Origin: an uncultured Gemmatimonadales bacterium
Lineage (GTDB): Bacteria > Gemmatimonadota > Gemmatimonadetes > Gemmatimonadales > GWC2-71-9
Assembly (NCBI GenBank): GCA_963828735.1
Contig: CAWHFW010000002.1
Span: 1 to 64,000 of the forward strand
DNA: 64,000 bases
Direction: 5' to 3'
Position numbers and translations under genes: made by a program. Position 1 is the stretch's first letter. Each line of letters begins with the position of its first letter. This document shows positions 24,303-34,126 of the stretch, one piece after another. Below the pieces are notes generated by a model that did no database searches, had not been told where the DNA came from, and saw only the letters and a list, made by a program, of their open reading frames with translations.

Positions 24303-24893
24303 ATGCGGAAGCACCTCGCTCATCTCTCGGACGAGGCCCTCGTCGCGCTCGTCGCGCGCAGCGACGAGTCGGCGCTGGCAGAGCTCTACGAGCGCGTCGG
24401 CCGGGTCGCCTACGGGCTCGCCTTCCGCGTCCTGCGCGACGACCGCCTGGCGGAGGACGCCGTCCAGGAGGCGTTCATGAGCGTCTGGCGCACGGCGGCG
24501 GCCTTTCGGGCCGAGCGGGCGAAGGCGAGTACCTGGGTCCTGACCCTCGTGCACCGGCGTGCCGTCGATCTCGTGCGCCGCGAGGAGCGCCGGCGCGCCG
24601 AGCCGCTCGACGCGACGCGTTTCGAAGGGACGACAGGGGTCTCGGCGGAGGATTCGGCCTGGCTCGGATTCGAGCGGGAGCGGGTTCAGGGTGCTCTCCG
24701 GGAGCTGCCGGACGTGCAACGCGAGGCGCTCGAGCTCGCCTACTACGGGGGGTACTCGCAATCCGAGCTGTCCGAAAGGCTCGGGGTACCTCTCGGTACG
24801 ATCAAGAGCAGGATGTTCGCGGGGCTCACGCGGATGCGTGAGCTCCTCGCCGACGCGACCGAGGAGCCATGGAAGCCGGGATCCACGAGCTGA
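24303..24893 (+). CDS. ECF sigma factor, SigK-like (alternative start 24246)
   Basis: AEDAVQEAF..VWR, HRRAVDLVR, LELAYYGGYSQSE..PLGTIKSR. Confidence 0.92.
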   Translation: MRKHLAHLSDEALVALVARSDESALAELYERVGRVAYGLAFRVLRDDRLAEDAVQEAFMSVWRTAAAFRAERAKASTWVLTLVHRRAVDLVRREERRRAEPLDATRFEGTTGVSAEDSAWLGFERERVQGALRELPDVQREALELAYYGGYSQSELSERLGVPLGTIKSRMFAGLTRMRELLADATEEPWKPGSTS

Positions 24894-25577
24894 GCGCGGG
24901 CTACGCGCTGGACGCCCTCGACCCGTCCGAGCGGGAGGAGTTCGAGCGCCATCTGGCCGAGTGCGACGACGTGCCAGGAGGACCTGGCGTCCTTCTGGGA
25001 GGTCACGAGCGCGCTCGCCGTGGCGGCAGACGGCCCGAAGCCGCCGCCCGCGCTGCGCGACCGGATCCTCGAGGCAGCGCGTGCGGAGCGGCCGACGGTC
25101 GTCCCGTTCGAGCCGCGGCGTCGGCGGTTGCAGACGTCTCTGGCCGCGGCGGCGGCGATCGCGGCTGTCGTTGCGATCGGGCTCGGCGTCTACGCGTTCT
25201 CCCTCAACCAGCGGCTCGACGACACCCGCTCCGCGCTCTCCACGCAGGAGGACGTGGCGGCCGTGCTCGCCGACCCCAACGCGACGTCGGTGTCGATGGC
25301 CGCCGGCACGGGCCGGCTCGTGGTCGCGGACAACGGCTCCGCCGTCCTCGTCCTCGACGACCTCTCCACGGTGCCGTCCGGGAAGACCTACCAGGCCTGG
25401 GTCGTGGAGGGCAAGACGCCCGTTCCCGCGGGAACCTTCGACGAGCGCGGTGGCCACGCCGTCGTGCCGATCCCGCAGCGCGTGCCGGACGGCGCAGTCG
25501 TCGCGGTGACGATCGAGGACGAGGGCGGCGCGAGGACGCCGACCCTCCCGATCCTCGCTGCTTCGAAGCCTGTGTAG
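24869..25577 (+). CDS. anti-sigma factor, RskA-like (frameshift near 24970)
   Basis: GYALDALD..FERHLAEC ZAS motif, TM helix, KTYQAW, AVTIE.EGG..TPT. Confidence 0.88.
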
Positions 25578-25610
25578 CCGAAGCCTGGGCTCACTCCGCC
25601 GTAGGACTGT

Positions 25611-25652
25611 GACGGGTGTCTCCCCACGGTAGAGCAGGGGAGACACCCCGTC
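25611..25652 (+). terminator. stem-loop after the anti-sigma gene
   Basis: GGGTGTCTCCCC/GGGGAGACACCC inverted repeat. Confidence 0.55.
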
Positions 25653-25676
25653 CGTCGTCATACGTACACTCGTTCG

Positions 25677-27656
25677 ATGGACCTGCGACCGGCACTCCGC
25701 GAGCATTTCGGCTTCGACGACTTCCGGCCGGGGCAGGAAGAGGTCGTCCGAGCGGCGGTCGAGGGGTGCGACACGCTTGCGTTGATGCCGACCGGCTCCG
25801 GAAAGTCGCTCACCTACCAGCTCGCCGCCATGCTCCGGGCTCAGCCGACGCTCGTCCTCTCACCGCTGATCGCCCTGATGAAGGATCAGGTCGACAAGCT
25901 CCCCGCCGGGATCGCCGCGACGGCGACGTTCGTCAACTCGTCTCTCGACACGGACGTGGCAGCCGGACGGATCCGCGACGTCGCCGCGGGCCGGACGCGG
26001 ATGCTCTACGCGGCACCCGAGCGGCTGCGCAACGCCTCCTTCGTCGAGACGTTGCGTACGATCGGCGTCGGGCTCGTGGTGATCGACGAGGTGCACTGCG
26101 TGAGCATGTGGGGCCACGACTTCCGGCCGGACTACCTCTTCATCCGGCGTGCGCTCGAGGCGCTCGACGAGCCGAGCGTTCTCGGCATGACCGCTACCGC
26201 CACGCCCGCCGCCGCGCACGAGATCGCGGATGCGCTCGGGCGGGAGCTCGCCGTCGTCCGCACGAGCGTCGTCAGGCCGAATCTTCGCTACGACGTCCAC
26301 GAGGTGGGCGGCAACGAGGACCGCTTGCGCGTGCTCGTCGAGAGGCTGCGAGGGCTCGGCGAGGGAAGCGCGATCGTGTACGCCCGCTCGAGGGACTCCT
26401 GCGAGCGGGTGGCGCGGACGCTCCGCAGCCACGGGCTCAGGCTCGAGCACTACCACGCGGGCCTCGAGGCGGCCGAGCGGGCCCGGGTTCAGGACGATTT
26501 CGTGAGCGGGCGCATCCGTGGCGTCGTCGCGACGACGGCATTCGGGATGGGGATCGACAAGCCCGACGTCCGGCTCGTCTGCCTCTTCAACTACCCCGAC
26601 TCGCTCGAGAGCTACGTGCAGATGGTCGGGCGCGGCGGCAGGGACGGCGCCCGGAGCCAGACGCTCCTCCTCGCCGGGCCGTCGGACGCCGCCGCGGTGC
26701 GACGCTTCGCGATCGGCGACATTCCGGGCCCGGACGACCTGCGCCGCGTCTACCGCGCCGTCCGCGACGCCGGTGGCGTGATCGAGCCCGAGCAGATCGT
26801 CGCCGGTGACCACGACCCGCGCGTGCTCGTCGGCATGCTCGAGCAGGCGGGCCTCGTCCGGCGCGGCTTCGACCAGGGCCGCGCGATGCGCGTCGAGCTG
26901 CTGGAGGCCGGGCCGGAAGCCGGCAGGGTGGTCGACGACCTCCTCGCCCGCTATGCGCGCGAGGCGAGGGCACGGGTCGAGCGGATCGTCGACTTCGCAG
27001 AGAGCCGCCGCTGCCGCCACCTCCAGGTCGCGGAGCACTTCGGGGAGTCACTCGAGCCGCCCTGCGGCGTCTGCGACGTCTGCGACCCGCCGGTGCCGCG
27101 CCGCGCCCGCGGCAGCGACAGCGCGAGAGCGCTCCCCGACGACGTGGCGGCAGCGATCGTCGACGCCGTCGAGCGCCTCAGCTGGCCGCTCGGACGTCGG
27201 TCCCTCGTGGCGATGCTGCGAGGATCGGTCTCGGCGCCGCCGTCAGCGCGTGCCTCACGGTCGTTCGGCCTGCTGGAGGCCGCCACGGACGCCGAGGTGC
27301 GGCGCTGGGTGAAGGCGCTCGAATCTGCCGGAGCGCTCGTCGAGATCGAGACCGACGGCTTCAAGGTGCTCCGCGCGCTCCCGGGTTGCTCCCTGCCGTC
27401 GCTCGGCCCGGCCGGGACAGCGGGGACGGTCGACGACGCCCTGCTCGAACGGCTGCGCTCCTGGCGCCGTGAGCGCTCGCAGGCGGACGGCGTGCCGGCG
27501 TACGTCGTGCTCCACGACTCGACGCTCCGCGACCTCGCGTCGGCTCGGCCGCGCAGCCTGCACGAGCTCGCGGCGGTGAAGGGCTTCGGGCCGACCAGGA
27601 TCGAGCGCTACGGTGACGACCTGCTCGAGCTCGTCACGTGCCAGGCGAAGGCCTGA
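25677..27656 (+). CDS. recQ: RecQ family DNA helicase with HRDC domain
   Basis: MPTGSGKS, DEVHCVSMWGHDFRP, AFGMGIDKPDVR, CGVCDVC, C-terminal HRDC. Confidence 0.93.
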   Translation: MDLRPALREHFGFDDFRPGQEEVVRAAVEGCDTLALMPTGSGKSLTYQLAAMLRAQPTLVLSPLIALMKDQVDKLPAGIAATATFVNSSLDTDVAAGRIRDVAAGRTRMLYAAPERLRNASFVETLRTIGVGLVVIDEVHCVSMWGHDFRPDYLFIRRALEALDEPSVLGMTATATPAAAHEIADALGRELAVVRTSVVRPNLRYDVHEVGGNEDRLRVLVERLRGLGEGSAIVYARSRDSCERVARTLRSHGLRLEHYHAGLEAAERARVQDDFVSGRIRGVVATTAFGMGIDKPDVRLVCLFNYPDSLESYVQMVGRGGRDGARSQTLLLAGPSDAAAVRRFAIGDIPGPDDLRRVYRAVRDAGGVIEPEQIVAGDHDPRVLVGMLEQAGLVRRGFDQGRAMRVELLEAGPEAGRVVDDLLARYAREARARVERIVDFAESRRCRHLQVAEHFGESLEPPCGVCDVCDPPVPRRARGSDSARALPDDVAAAIVDAVERLSWPLGRRSLVAMLRGSVSAPPSARASRSFGLLEAATDAEVRRWVKALESAGALVEIETDGFKVLRALPGCSLPSLGPAGTAGTVDDALLERLRSWRRERSQADGVPAYVVLHDSTLRDLASARPRSLHELAAVKGFGPTRIERYGDDLLELVTCQAKA

Positions 27657-27690
27657 TCCGCGCGCGCCGTCCTCGTAAGGAAATCCGCAC

Positions 27691-30189
27691 ATGCAGCGGG
27701 TTCGCGGCCCGCCGAGGGCTAGACTTGACGTCGTCTTGCGGCTACGTCGGAGCACGAAGGCGCCGCGCAAGCGGGGCCGGATTCGTAAGCTGCGCCTTCT
27801 CGCCGTGCTCACCGTGCTGGTGCTGCTCGCGGGGACGGCGTTCACATTCGGTCTGGTTCGCGCCGTCGCGAGCGAGATCCCCCTTCTCGACCCCTCGGCG
27901 CAGCGCTCCCAGGTCGACGGCGTCATCTACGCGTCGAACGGCCGCTCCGTCCTGGCCGTGCTCCGCGGCGACGAAAGCCGCGTGCTGCTCGACGATATCG
28001 GAGATGTCTCGCCGATCATGCGCCAGGCGATCGTGTCCGTCGAGGACCACCGCTTCTACGAGCACAACGGCGTCGACACGCGCGGCATCCTGCGCGCGCT
28101 CTGGTCGGATATCCGCTCGCAAGGGGTCGTCGAGGGCGGCTCGACGATCACGCAGCAGTTCGTGAAGAATGCCTACGTCCGCAACCAGAGGACGCTCGCG
28201 CGGAAGGTGCGCGAGGCCGCGCTGGCCTGGCAGCTGGAGCAGCGCTGGTCGAAGGACCGGATCCTGCTCGCCTACCTCAACACGATCTACTTCGGGAACG
28301 GGGCCTACGGCATCCAGCAGGCTGCCCGAACGTACTTCGGCAAGGGCGCCACGCGCCTGACCCTCGTCGAGTCCGCGCTGCTCGCGGGACTGCCCGCGGA
28401 CCCCTCCCTCTACGATCCCGTCCGCCACCCGCGCGCGGCGATGCAGCGACGCCGGTACGTGCTGCAGACGATGGTCGACCAGGGGAAGATCACGCCCGGT
28501 CAGTTCCAGACGGCAAACCGCGCGCCACTGCCGAAGCCGGCCGACGTACGGCTCCCGGGCACCCAGGGGCCGGGCCAGTACTTCGCCAACTACGTGAAGG
28601 ACCAGCTGATCGCCAAGTACGGCGCCGGGCGCGTCTTCGGCGGCGGCCTCAAGGTCACGAGCACGATCGACCTGGGACTGCAGGAAACCGCTCACCGGGC
28701 GATCGAGAGCGTCCTCAAGACGCCCGGCGGGCCGGCCGCGGCTCTCGTCGCGATCGACCCGCGCACCGGCGCGGTGCGCGCGATGGTCGGCGGCTCGAAC
28801 TTCCGCCAGAGCCAGTTCAACCTCGCGACGCAGGCGGAGCGGCAGCCCGGCTCGTCGTTCAAGCCCTTCGTCCTCGCGACGGCGCTGCGACAGGGCATCT
28901 CGCCCGCCACGACGTTCGAGTCGAAACCCGTCGACATCGACGCCGGCGACCGGGTGTGGCACGTCACGAACTACGAGGGCGATTACCTCGGCCGCGTCGA
29001 CCTGGCGCGAGCCATGGTCTCCTCCGACAACGCCGTCTACTCCCAGCTGACGAAGCTCGTCGGCCCGAGGGCAATCGTGAAGACCGCCCACGCGCTCGGG
29101 ATCCGCAGCGAGCTCGATCCCTACTTCTCGATCGGGCTCGGCTTCGTGGCGGTGAACCCGCTCGACATGACGCGCGCCTACGCGACCTTTGCGAACCGCG
29201 GCATGCGGGTCGACGGCTCCCTGACGGGCGACCGCCCGCGCGTCGTGGAGCGGGTCGAGTTCGCACGCACCGGCGCAGTCGCAGAGAACCGGCCGGTCGG
29301 CAAGGCCGCGATGACGAGAGGCGAGGCGGACCTGCTCACATCGATCCTGCAGAGGGTCGTCACATCGGGGACGGGCCGCAAGGCCGCCCTCGCCGACCGC
29401 CCGGTGGCGGGGAAGACCGGCACCACCGACAACTACGGCGACGCCTGGTTCGTGGGCTACACGCCGCAGCTCGCGGTGGCGGTGTGGGTCGGGTACCCGG
29501 ACAAGCTGCAGCCGATGCTGACGGAGTACGGCGGCAAGCCCGTCGCGGGCGGCACGCTCCCGGCGCAGATCTGGCACGCGTTCATGACGGCAGCCGACAA
29601 GCAGCTCAAGCTCGAGCCCGAGCAGTTCCCGCCGACGCCGTACCTGCCGGCGCAGGACAGGCGGGTCGTCTGGCGGGGTGGCTCGTACAAGCTCGACAAC
29701 GGCTACTGCCCGGGAACGCGTGTCGTGGCGTACTTCGTCGACCGCGGCCCGGGCACGCAGGCGAGGTGCTATGCGAACGAGGTGACGGTGCCGCTCGTCG
29801 TCGGCCGCACGATCGACACCGCCAGCGAGACGCTCGCCGAGCAACCGCTCGGAACGGAGCTGATCGGCGTGCCCGCGAAGACCGGCAAGCATCCCGGCTA
29901 CGTCGTCAAGCAGGAGCCACGGAACGGGTTCCTCTCCGCCAACGCGACCGTACGCCTCTACGTCACCCGGCCCGACCCCCGGTACGGGCTCTTCCCGAAC
30001 CTCGTCGGCTCGAGCCTCACCGCCGCCCGGCCGCGCCTGCGCAAGCTCCGGGCCCGCACGACCATCAGCTACGACACGGGCCCTGCCGGCTCGATTCTCG
30101 AGCAGACTCCCGAGCCCGGCGTCGCGGCGGGCAAGGGCCTCAAGGTGGCGTTGATCGTGGGGCGCGGGACAGCCAACTCGACCCCTTGA
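27691..30189 (+). CDS. class A penicillin-binding protein (PBP1A) with PASTA domains; start uncertain
   Basis: EDHRFYEH, GGSTITQQ, RKVRE, GSSFKP, SDN, KTGT; C-terminal PASTA repeats. Confidence 0.95.
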   Translation: MQRVRGPPRARLDVVLRLRRSTKAPRKRGRIRKLRLLAVLTVLVLLAGTAFTFGLVRAVASEIPLLDPSAQRSQVDGVIYASNGRSVLAVLRGDESRVLLDDIGDVSPIMRQAIVSVEDHRFYEHNGVDTRGILRALWSDIRSQGVVEGGSTITQQFVKNAYVRNQRTLARKVREAALAWQLEQRWSKDRILLAYLNTIYFGNGAYGIQQAARTYFGKGATRLTLVESALLAGLPADPSLYDPVRHPRAAMQRRRYVLQTMVDQGKITPGQFQTANRAPLPKPADVRLPGTQGPGQYFANYVKDQLIAKYGAGRVFGGGLKVTSTIDLGLQETAHRAIESVLKTPGGPAAALVAIDPRTGAVRAMVGGSNFRQSQFNLATQAERQPGSSFKPFVLATALRQGISPATTFESKPVDIDAGDRVWHVTNYEGDYLGRVDLARAMVSSDNAVYSQLTKLVGPRAIVKTAHALGIRSELDPYFSIGLGFVAVNPLDMTRAYATFANRGMRVDGSLTGDRPRVVERVEFARTGAVAENRPVGKAAMTRGEADLLTSILQRVVTSGTGRKAALADRPVAGKTGTTDNYGDAWFVGYTPQLAVAVWVGYPDKLQPMLTEYGGKPVAGGTLPAQIWHAFMTAADKQLKLEPEQFPPTPYLPAQDRRVVWRGGSYKLDNGYCPGTRVVAYFVDRGPGTQARCYANEVTVPLVVGRTIDTASETLAEQPLGTELIGVPAKTGKHPGYVVKQEPRNGFLSANATVRLYVTRPDPRYGLFPNLVGSSLTAARPRLRKLRARTTISYDTGPAGSILEQTPEPGVAAGKGLKVALIVGRGTANSTP

Positions 30190-30709
30190 CGACGTAGCGC
30201 CAGGGAAGCTCGGCCGCCCTCGTGATACCGACACGGGGAGTCGCCTCGACCTCAACCGCTCGCTCCGGCGGCACGAGCGCGAAGGGCGCTGCCGTAACCG
30301 AGTGCCCGTCGCATTCCGGGCCGATCGCGAGGGCCTGCGTCAGCCGCCCCGGGCCCGAGCAGAGCGCCCGATCGGGGACGCTGCCGCGGCGCCGGCGCAT
30401 CTCGTCCAGTCCGTGGGTGGGCTCGAGCGCGCGCAGCAGCACCGCCGCGGCGAATCCCTCTGGCCCGCACACGACGTTCACGCACCAGTGGACGCCGTAC
30501 GAGCGGTAGACGTACAGCGTTCCGGCCGCCTCGAACATCGACGCGTTGCGGGGGGTGCGGCCACGGAACGCATGGCTCGCGGGATCGTCCGGCGCATAGG
30601 CCTCGACCTCGACGATGCGGCCGCCGACGCCGTCCTTGAGCAACGTCCAGCCGAGCAGCCCCCGCGCGACGTCGTGCAGGCCGCCGCCGAGCAGCTCCTG
30701 CGCGTTCAA
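30140..30709 (-). CDS. mpg: DNA-3-methyladenine glycosylase (MPG family)
   Basis: GRIVEVEAY, YVYRSYGVHWC, AVLLRALEP, GPGRL, PRVGI. Confidence 0.93.
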   Translation of the reverse strand: MNAQELLGGGLHDVARGLLGWTLLKDGVGGRIVEVEAYAPDDPASHAFRGRTPRNASMFEAAGTLYVYRSYGVHWCVNVVCGPEGFAAAVLLRALEPTHGLDEMRRRRGSVPDRALCSGPGRLTQALAIGPECDGHSVTAAPFALVPPERAVEVEATPRVGITRAAELPWRYVVKGSSWLSRAPRSTPP

Positions 30710-30957
30710 GCGCCGTCGGGGAAGAGCGGGTCCTGGTCGAGGCGCCGCCTGCGCGGCCGCCGCGCCTGACGTGCGGTCGGCTCGGCGCCCATCTCGTCGA
30801 GGATGGTCTCCTGCGTGCGGGAGGCGACCATCGCCTCCGCCATTCCCTCCACCCAGACGAGCGTGCGGCGCCCGTTGCCCCGGTCCTCGCCGACGATCGG
30901 CTCGAGCGCGTAGATCCGGTCGGCGCGGACGTACTTGCCGAAGCCCAGGAACACCAT
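30706..30957 (-). CDS. small hypothetical protein, RemA/DUF370-like pattern
   Basis: FLGFGKYVRADRIYAL..GRRT..QETI pattern; coupled to mpg. Confidence 0.5.
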   Translation of the reverse strand: MVFLGFGKYVRADRIYALEPIVGEDRGNGRRTLVWVEGMAEAMVASRTQETILDEMGAEPTARQARRPRRRRLDQDPLFPDGA

Positions 30958-30970
30958 GCGCGGAGCCGCG

Positions 30971-31937
30971 TCATCGCGGGAACTCTATCGCCGCGGGTGA
31001 CTCGGCTTCGGTCGGTCGCGCGGATGACGTCCAGGCGACGCTCCCACCAGAACGCGAAGGCGAGCGATCGCGGCCAGCACGATGACCACCAGCCAGACCC
31101 AGGAGACGCTCGGCATGAGCCGCGTCGGGAATGCGCGCGTTGACCCAGCCGCGCTTGACGATCTGCTCGTGCCAGAAGTCCTCGGCGCTGATCACGAGCC
31201 CGTAGGCGGCCATCAGCCCGAGCGCGGCCAGCAGCACGCCCGCGAGCCGACGCCGGCCGGCCGGGTGCACGCGGGAGAGCAGGAGCGCGGTCAGGAGCAT
31301 GAGCGCGCCGTCGAGCCCGTGGTGGTGGCCGTGGTGCACTGCGCGGAAGCGTCACCGTCCCCTCGGTGACGATCGGCTCCGTCGAAGAACACGTGTCCCG
31401 GCAGGTAGAAGCCCAGATCGGCCGCGAACCACGGGATCGAGAGCACGAGGACGACCGCCGCGACCACGATCCGCAGCGGGATCGCCCGGGCGGCGCGACC
31501 CGAACGACGTGCCCGTCCCGCCGGACGGCGGCGTACGTGAGACCCGACCGCGATCGAGGACCCCGACGCCGGGCACAGCGTTGATCCAGCGCACGTCGAG
31601 GTCGCCTGGGATCGACCGCGAGCGGCGTCACCGCGCAGAGCGCGATCGCCGGCCCGGCGGCCCACCAGGCGGCGCGCGGCAGCGTGTCGACCGCGATCAG
31701 CACGAGCGCGATCGCGACGAGCGCCATCGGGTAGTTCGTGTACACGACGACGCGGCTGAGCCCTCCGACGATCCCGTCGTGCGAGACGTTGTAGAGCTCG
31801 GACGCCGGCAGCCGCGAGTAGGTCACGACGATCTCGAGCCCGATCAGCGTCCAGACGGCCCAGGCGAGGAGTGCCTCGCCCTGCCCGCCGGTGGGGGGTC
31901 CCGCAACGTTCCACCGGAAATCATCGTTGCGGGACAC
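30971..31937 (-). CDS. hypothetical membrane protein, heavily frameshifted; ends uncertain
   Basis: TM helices with TYSRLP..LYNVS and HHGHHHGLDG..FWHEQIVKRGW in different frames. Confidence 0.55.
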
Positions 31938-32013
31938 CCCACTCCATGTTGATTGCAGTAGTGCGGCGTCTCACAACGATGCTTCTTCCTCGAGCGTTGT
32001 GAGACGCCGCACT
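31891..32013. repeat. pair of related palindromes (REP-like doublet)
   Basis: 18-bp (one mismatch) and 19-bp stems, both CAACG-16 nt-CGTTG. Confidence 0.8.
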
Positions 32014-32020
32014 CGCCGGG

Positions 32021-33145
32021 TCACGAGACGAGCGCCTGCCTCAGCGTGTCGGCGACGAAGGCCTGGTCGTCAGCGGAGAGCCGGGCGTGGAACGGAAGCG
32101 CCAGGGTGCGCGCGCTCTTCGCCTCGGCCACTGGACAGAGCCCTTCGGCGAACCCGTGCCGCTCCCGCATGTAGCTCTGCAGGTGGATGCAGGGCAGGTA
32201 GCGGGCCGTCCCGATCCCGTGGGCCTCGAGCGCACCGATCACCGCCTCACGGTCCGTCCCCTCCGGCAGCTCGACGACGTACACGAACCACGAGCGCTCG
32301 TGATCGGCGTCGTCGGGGCACGGCAGCCCCAGCCCGGGGACGTCTGCGAGCAGCTCTGCGTATCGTTCCGCGACCGCCGAGCGGCCGGCCAGGATCCGGT
32401 CGAGCTTCTCCAGCTGGCCCAGCCCGATCGCGGCCCGGATGTCGTCGATCCGGTAGTTGAACCCGAGCCGGGCGTGGTCGAGCCAGCCGCCGCCGTCGGC
32501 CCGACCCTGGTTGCGAAGGCTCTTGAGGAGCTTCCAGGTGTCCTCCGACCACGTCGTCACGACCCCGCCCTCGCCCGTCGTGATCTGCTTGTTCGGGTAG
32601 AACGCGAACACCGCATCCTGGCCCTGGGCGCCGAGGGGGCGCTGCTTGTAGCGCGCGCCGAGCGCCTCGCAGGAGTCGTCGATCAGCGCCAGGCCGTGGT
32701 TGCGGGCGATCGTTTGCAATTCGTCCAACTCGCTCGGATAACCGAAGATGTCGACCGCGACGATCGCCTTCGTGCGCGATGTGACGGCCGCGTCGACTGC
32801 GGCCGGGTCGAGGTTCAGCGTGAGCGGGTCGATGTCGGCGAAGACGGGGACGGCGCCTTCGTAGATCGCGCAGTTCGCCGATGCCACGAACGAGTACGGC
32901 GACGTGATGACCTCGTCACCAGGCCCGATGCCCGCGATCACGCAGAGCAGGTGCAGCCCCGCCGTGCCGCTCGACACCGCGGCCGCGAAGGGCGCTCCGA
33001 CCGCCACCGCGGCCTCCTCCTCGAACCGGTCGATCCACGGGCCGAGCGAGAGACGCCCCGAGCGGAGCACCTCGATGACGAGCTCCTCCTCCCGCTCGTC
33101 CAGCCAGGGCGCTGAAAGGCCGATCGCGCGGCGTGCGACGCTCAC
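32021..33145 (-). CDS. DegT/DnrJ/EryC1/StrS aminotransferase
   Basis: VSSGTAGLH, IDDSCEALG, FYPNKQITTGEGG, GFNYR. Confidence 0.95.
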   Translation of the reverse strand: MSVARRAIGLSAPWLDEREEELVIEVLRSGRLSLGPWIDRFEEEAAVAVGAPFAAAVSSGTAGLHLLCVIAGIGPGDEVITSPYSFVASANCAIYEGAVPVFADIDPLTLNLDPAAVDAAVTSRTKAIVAVDIFGYPSELDELQTIARNHGLALIDDSCEALGARYKQRPLGAQGQDAVFAFYPNKQITTGEGGVVTTWSEDTWKLLKSLRNQGRADGGGWLDHARLGFNYRIDDIRAAIGLGQLEKLDRILAGRSAVAERYAELLADVPGLGLPCPDDADHERSWFVYVVELPEGTDREAVIGALEAHGIGTARYLPCIHLQSYMRERHGFAEGLCPVAEAKSARTLALPFHARLSADDQAFVADTLRQALVS

Positions 33146-34068
33146 GCCTTCGCAGGCACGACGTCCACGACGTCGAGCCAGTGCGACCAGCGTTCGCCAC
33201 GGCCGTTGACGGTGTCGAGGTACGCCGTCTGGATCTCACGCGTGACGGGGCCGACCCCGAGCTCCTGGTCGTCGACCGCTCGCACCGGCGTCACCTCGGC
33301 AGCCGTCCCGGTCATGAAGAACTCATCCGCGAGGTAGAGATCCGAGCGGATCAGCGGAGCCTCCTCGACGACGTAGCCGAGATCCTGGGCGATCGTGATC
33401 ACCGCGTCGCGCGTGATGCCGGGGAGGATCGAGGTCGAGAGCGGCGGCGTCCTGATGACGCCGCCCTTGATCACGAAGATGTTCTCACCCGGGCCGTCGG
33501 CGACGTAGCCGTCGTCGGTCAGCAGGATCCCCTCGTCGTAGCCGGCGCGCCGCGCCTCGGTGGTCGCGAGCATCGAGTTGAGGTAGACGCCGCTCGCCTT
33601 CGAGGCGTGCGGGATCGTGTTCGGGCCGACGCGCCTCCACGACGAGACGCACGCGCTGATGCCGTTCGTGAGCGCGTCCTCGCCCAGGTACGCGCCCCAG
33701 GGCCAGCTCATGATCACGGTCTCGACGGGATTCCCCTGGGTCGCGACGCCCAGCTGCCCGTAGCCGTAGAACGCGATCGGCCTGATATACGACGCCGGCA
33801 GCCCGTTCGCGCGCACCAGGTCGTGCGTCGCCTCGCGGAGCTCCTCGACCGTGAACGGGAGCTCCATGTAGAGGAGCCGCGCGGAGTCGTGCAGGCGCTG
33901 CATGTGGTCGGCAAGACGGAAGACGGCGGGACCCTTGGGGGTCTCGTAGCAGCGAATGCCCTCGAAGACACCGGTGCCGTAGTGGAGCCCGTGGACGCCG
34001 ACGTGAACCTTCGCGTCGGCCCAGTCGATGAGCTCGCCGTTCATCCAGATCTTGTCGGTCTCGTCCAT
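33142..34068 (-). CDS. ilvE: branched-chain amino acid aminotransferase
   Basis: LHYGTGVFEGIR, YIRP, K.SG.Y.NS, ILPGITR, GTAAEVTP. Confidence 0.95.
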   Translation of the reverse strand: MDETDKIWMNGELIDWADAKVHVGVHGLHYGTGVFEGIRCYETPKGPAVFRLADHMQRLHDSARLLYMELPFTVEELREATHDLVRANGLPASYIRPIAFYGYGQLGVATQGNPVETVIMSWPWGAYLGEDALTNGISACVSSWRRVGPNTIPHASKASGVYLNSMLATTEARRAGYDEGILLTDDGYVADGPGENIFVIKGGVIRTPPLSTSILPGITRDAVITIAQDLGYVVEEAPLIRSDLYLADEFFMTGTAAEVTPVRAVDDQELGVGPVTREIQTAYLDTVNGRGERWSHWLDVVDVVPAKA

Positions 34069-34126
34069 TACCGGCCTCCGTGGTCGGATCGTCGTCGAAT
34101 GGCCCAAGTCTATCCGTGCAGCCTCC

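Noticed and set aside
27742..30255. Long antisense ORFs (also 2927-4561, 15408-17069, 62510-63970)
   Set aside because: High-GC shadows opposite well-supported genes
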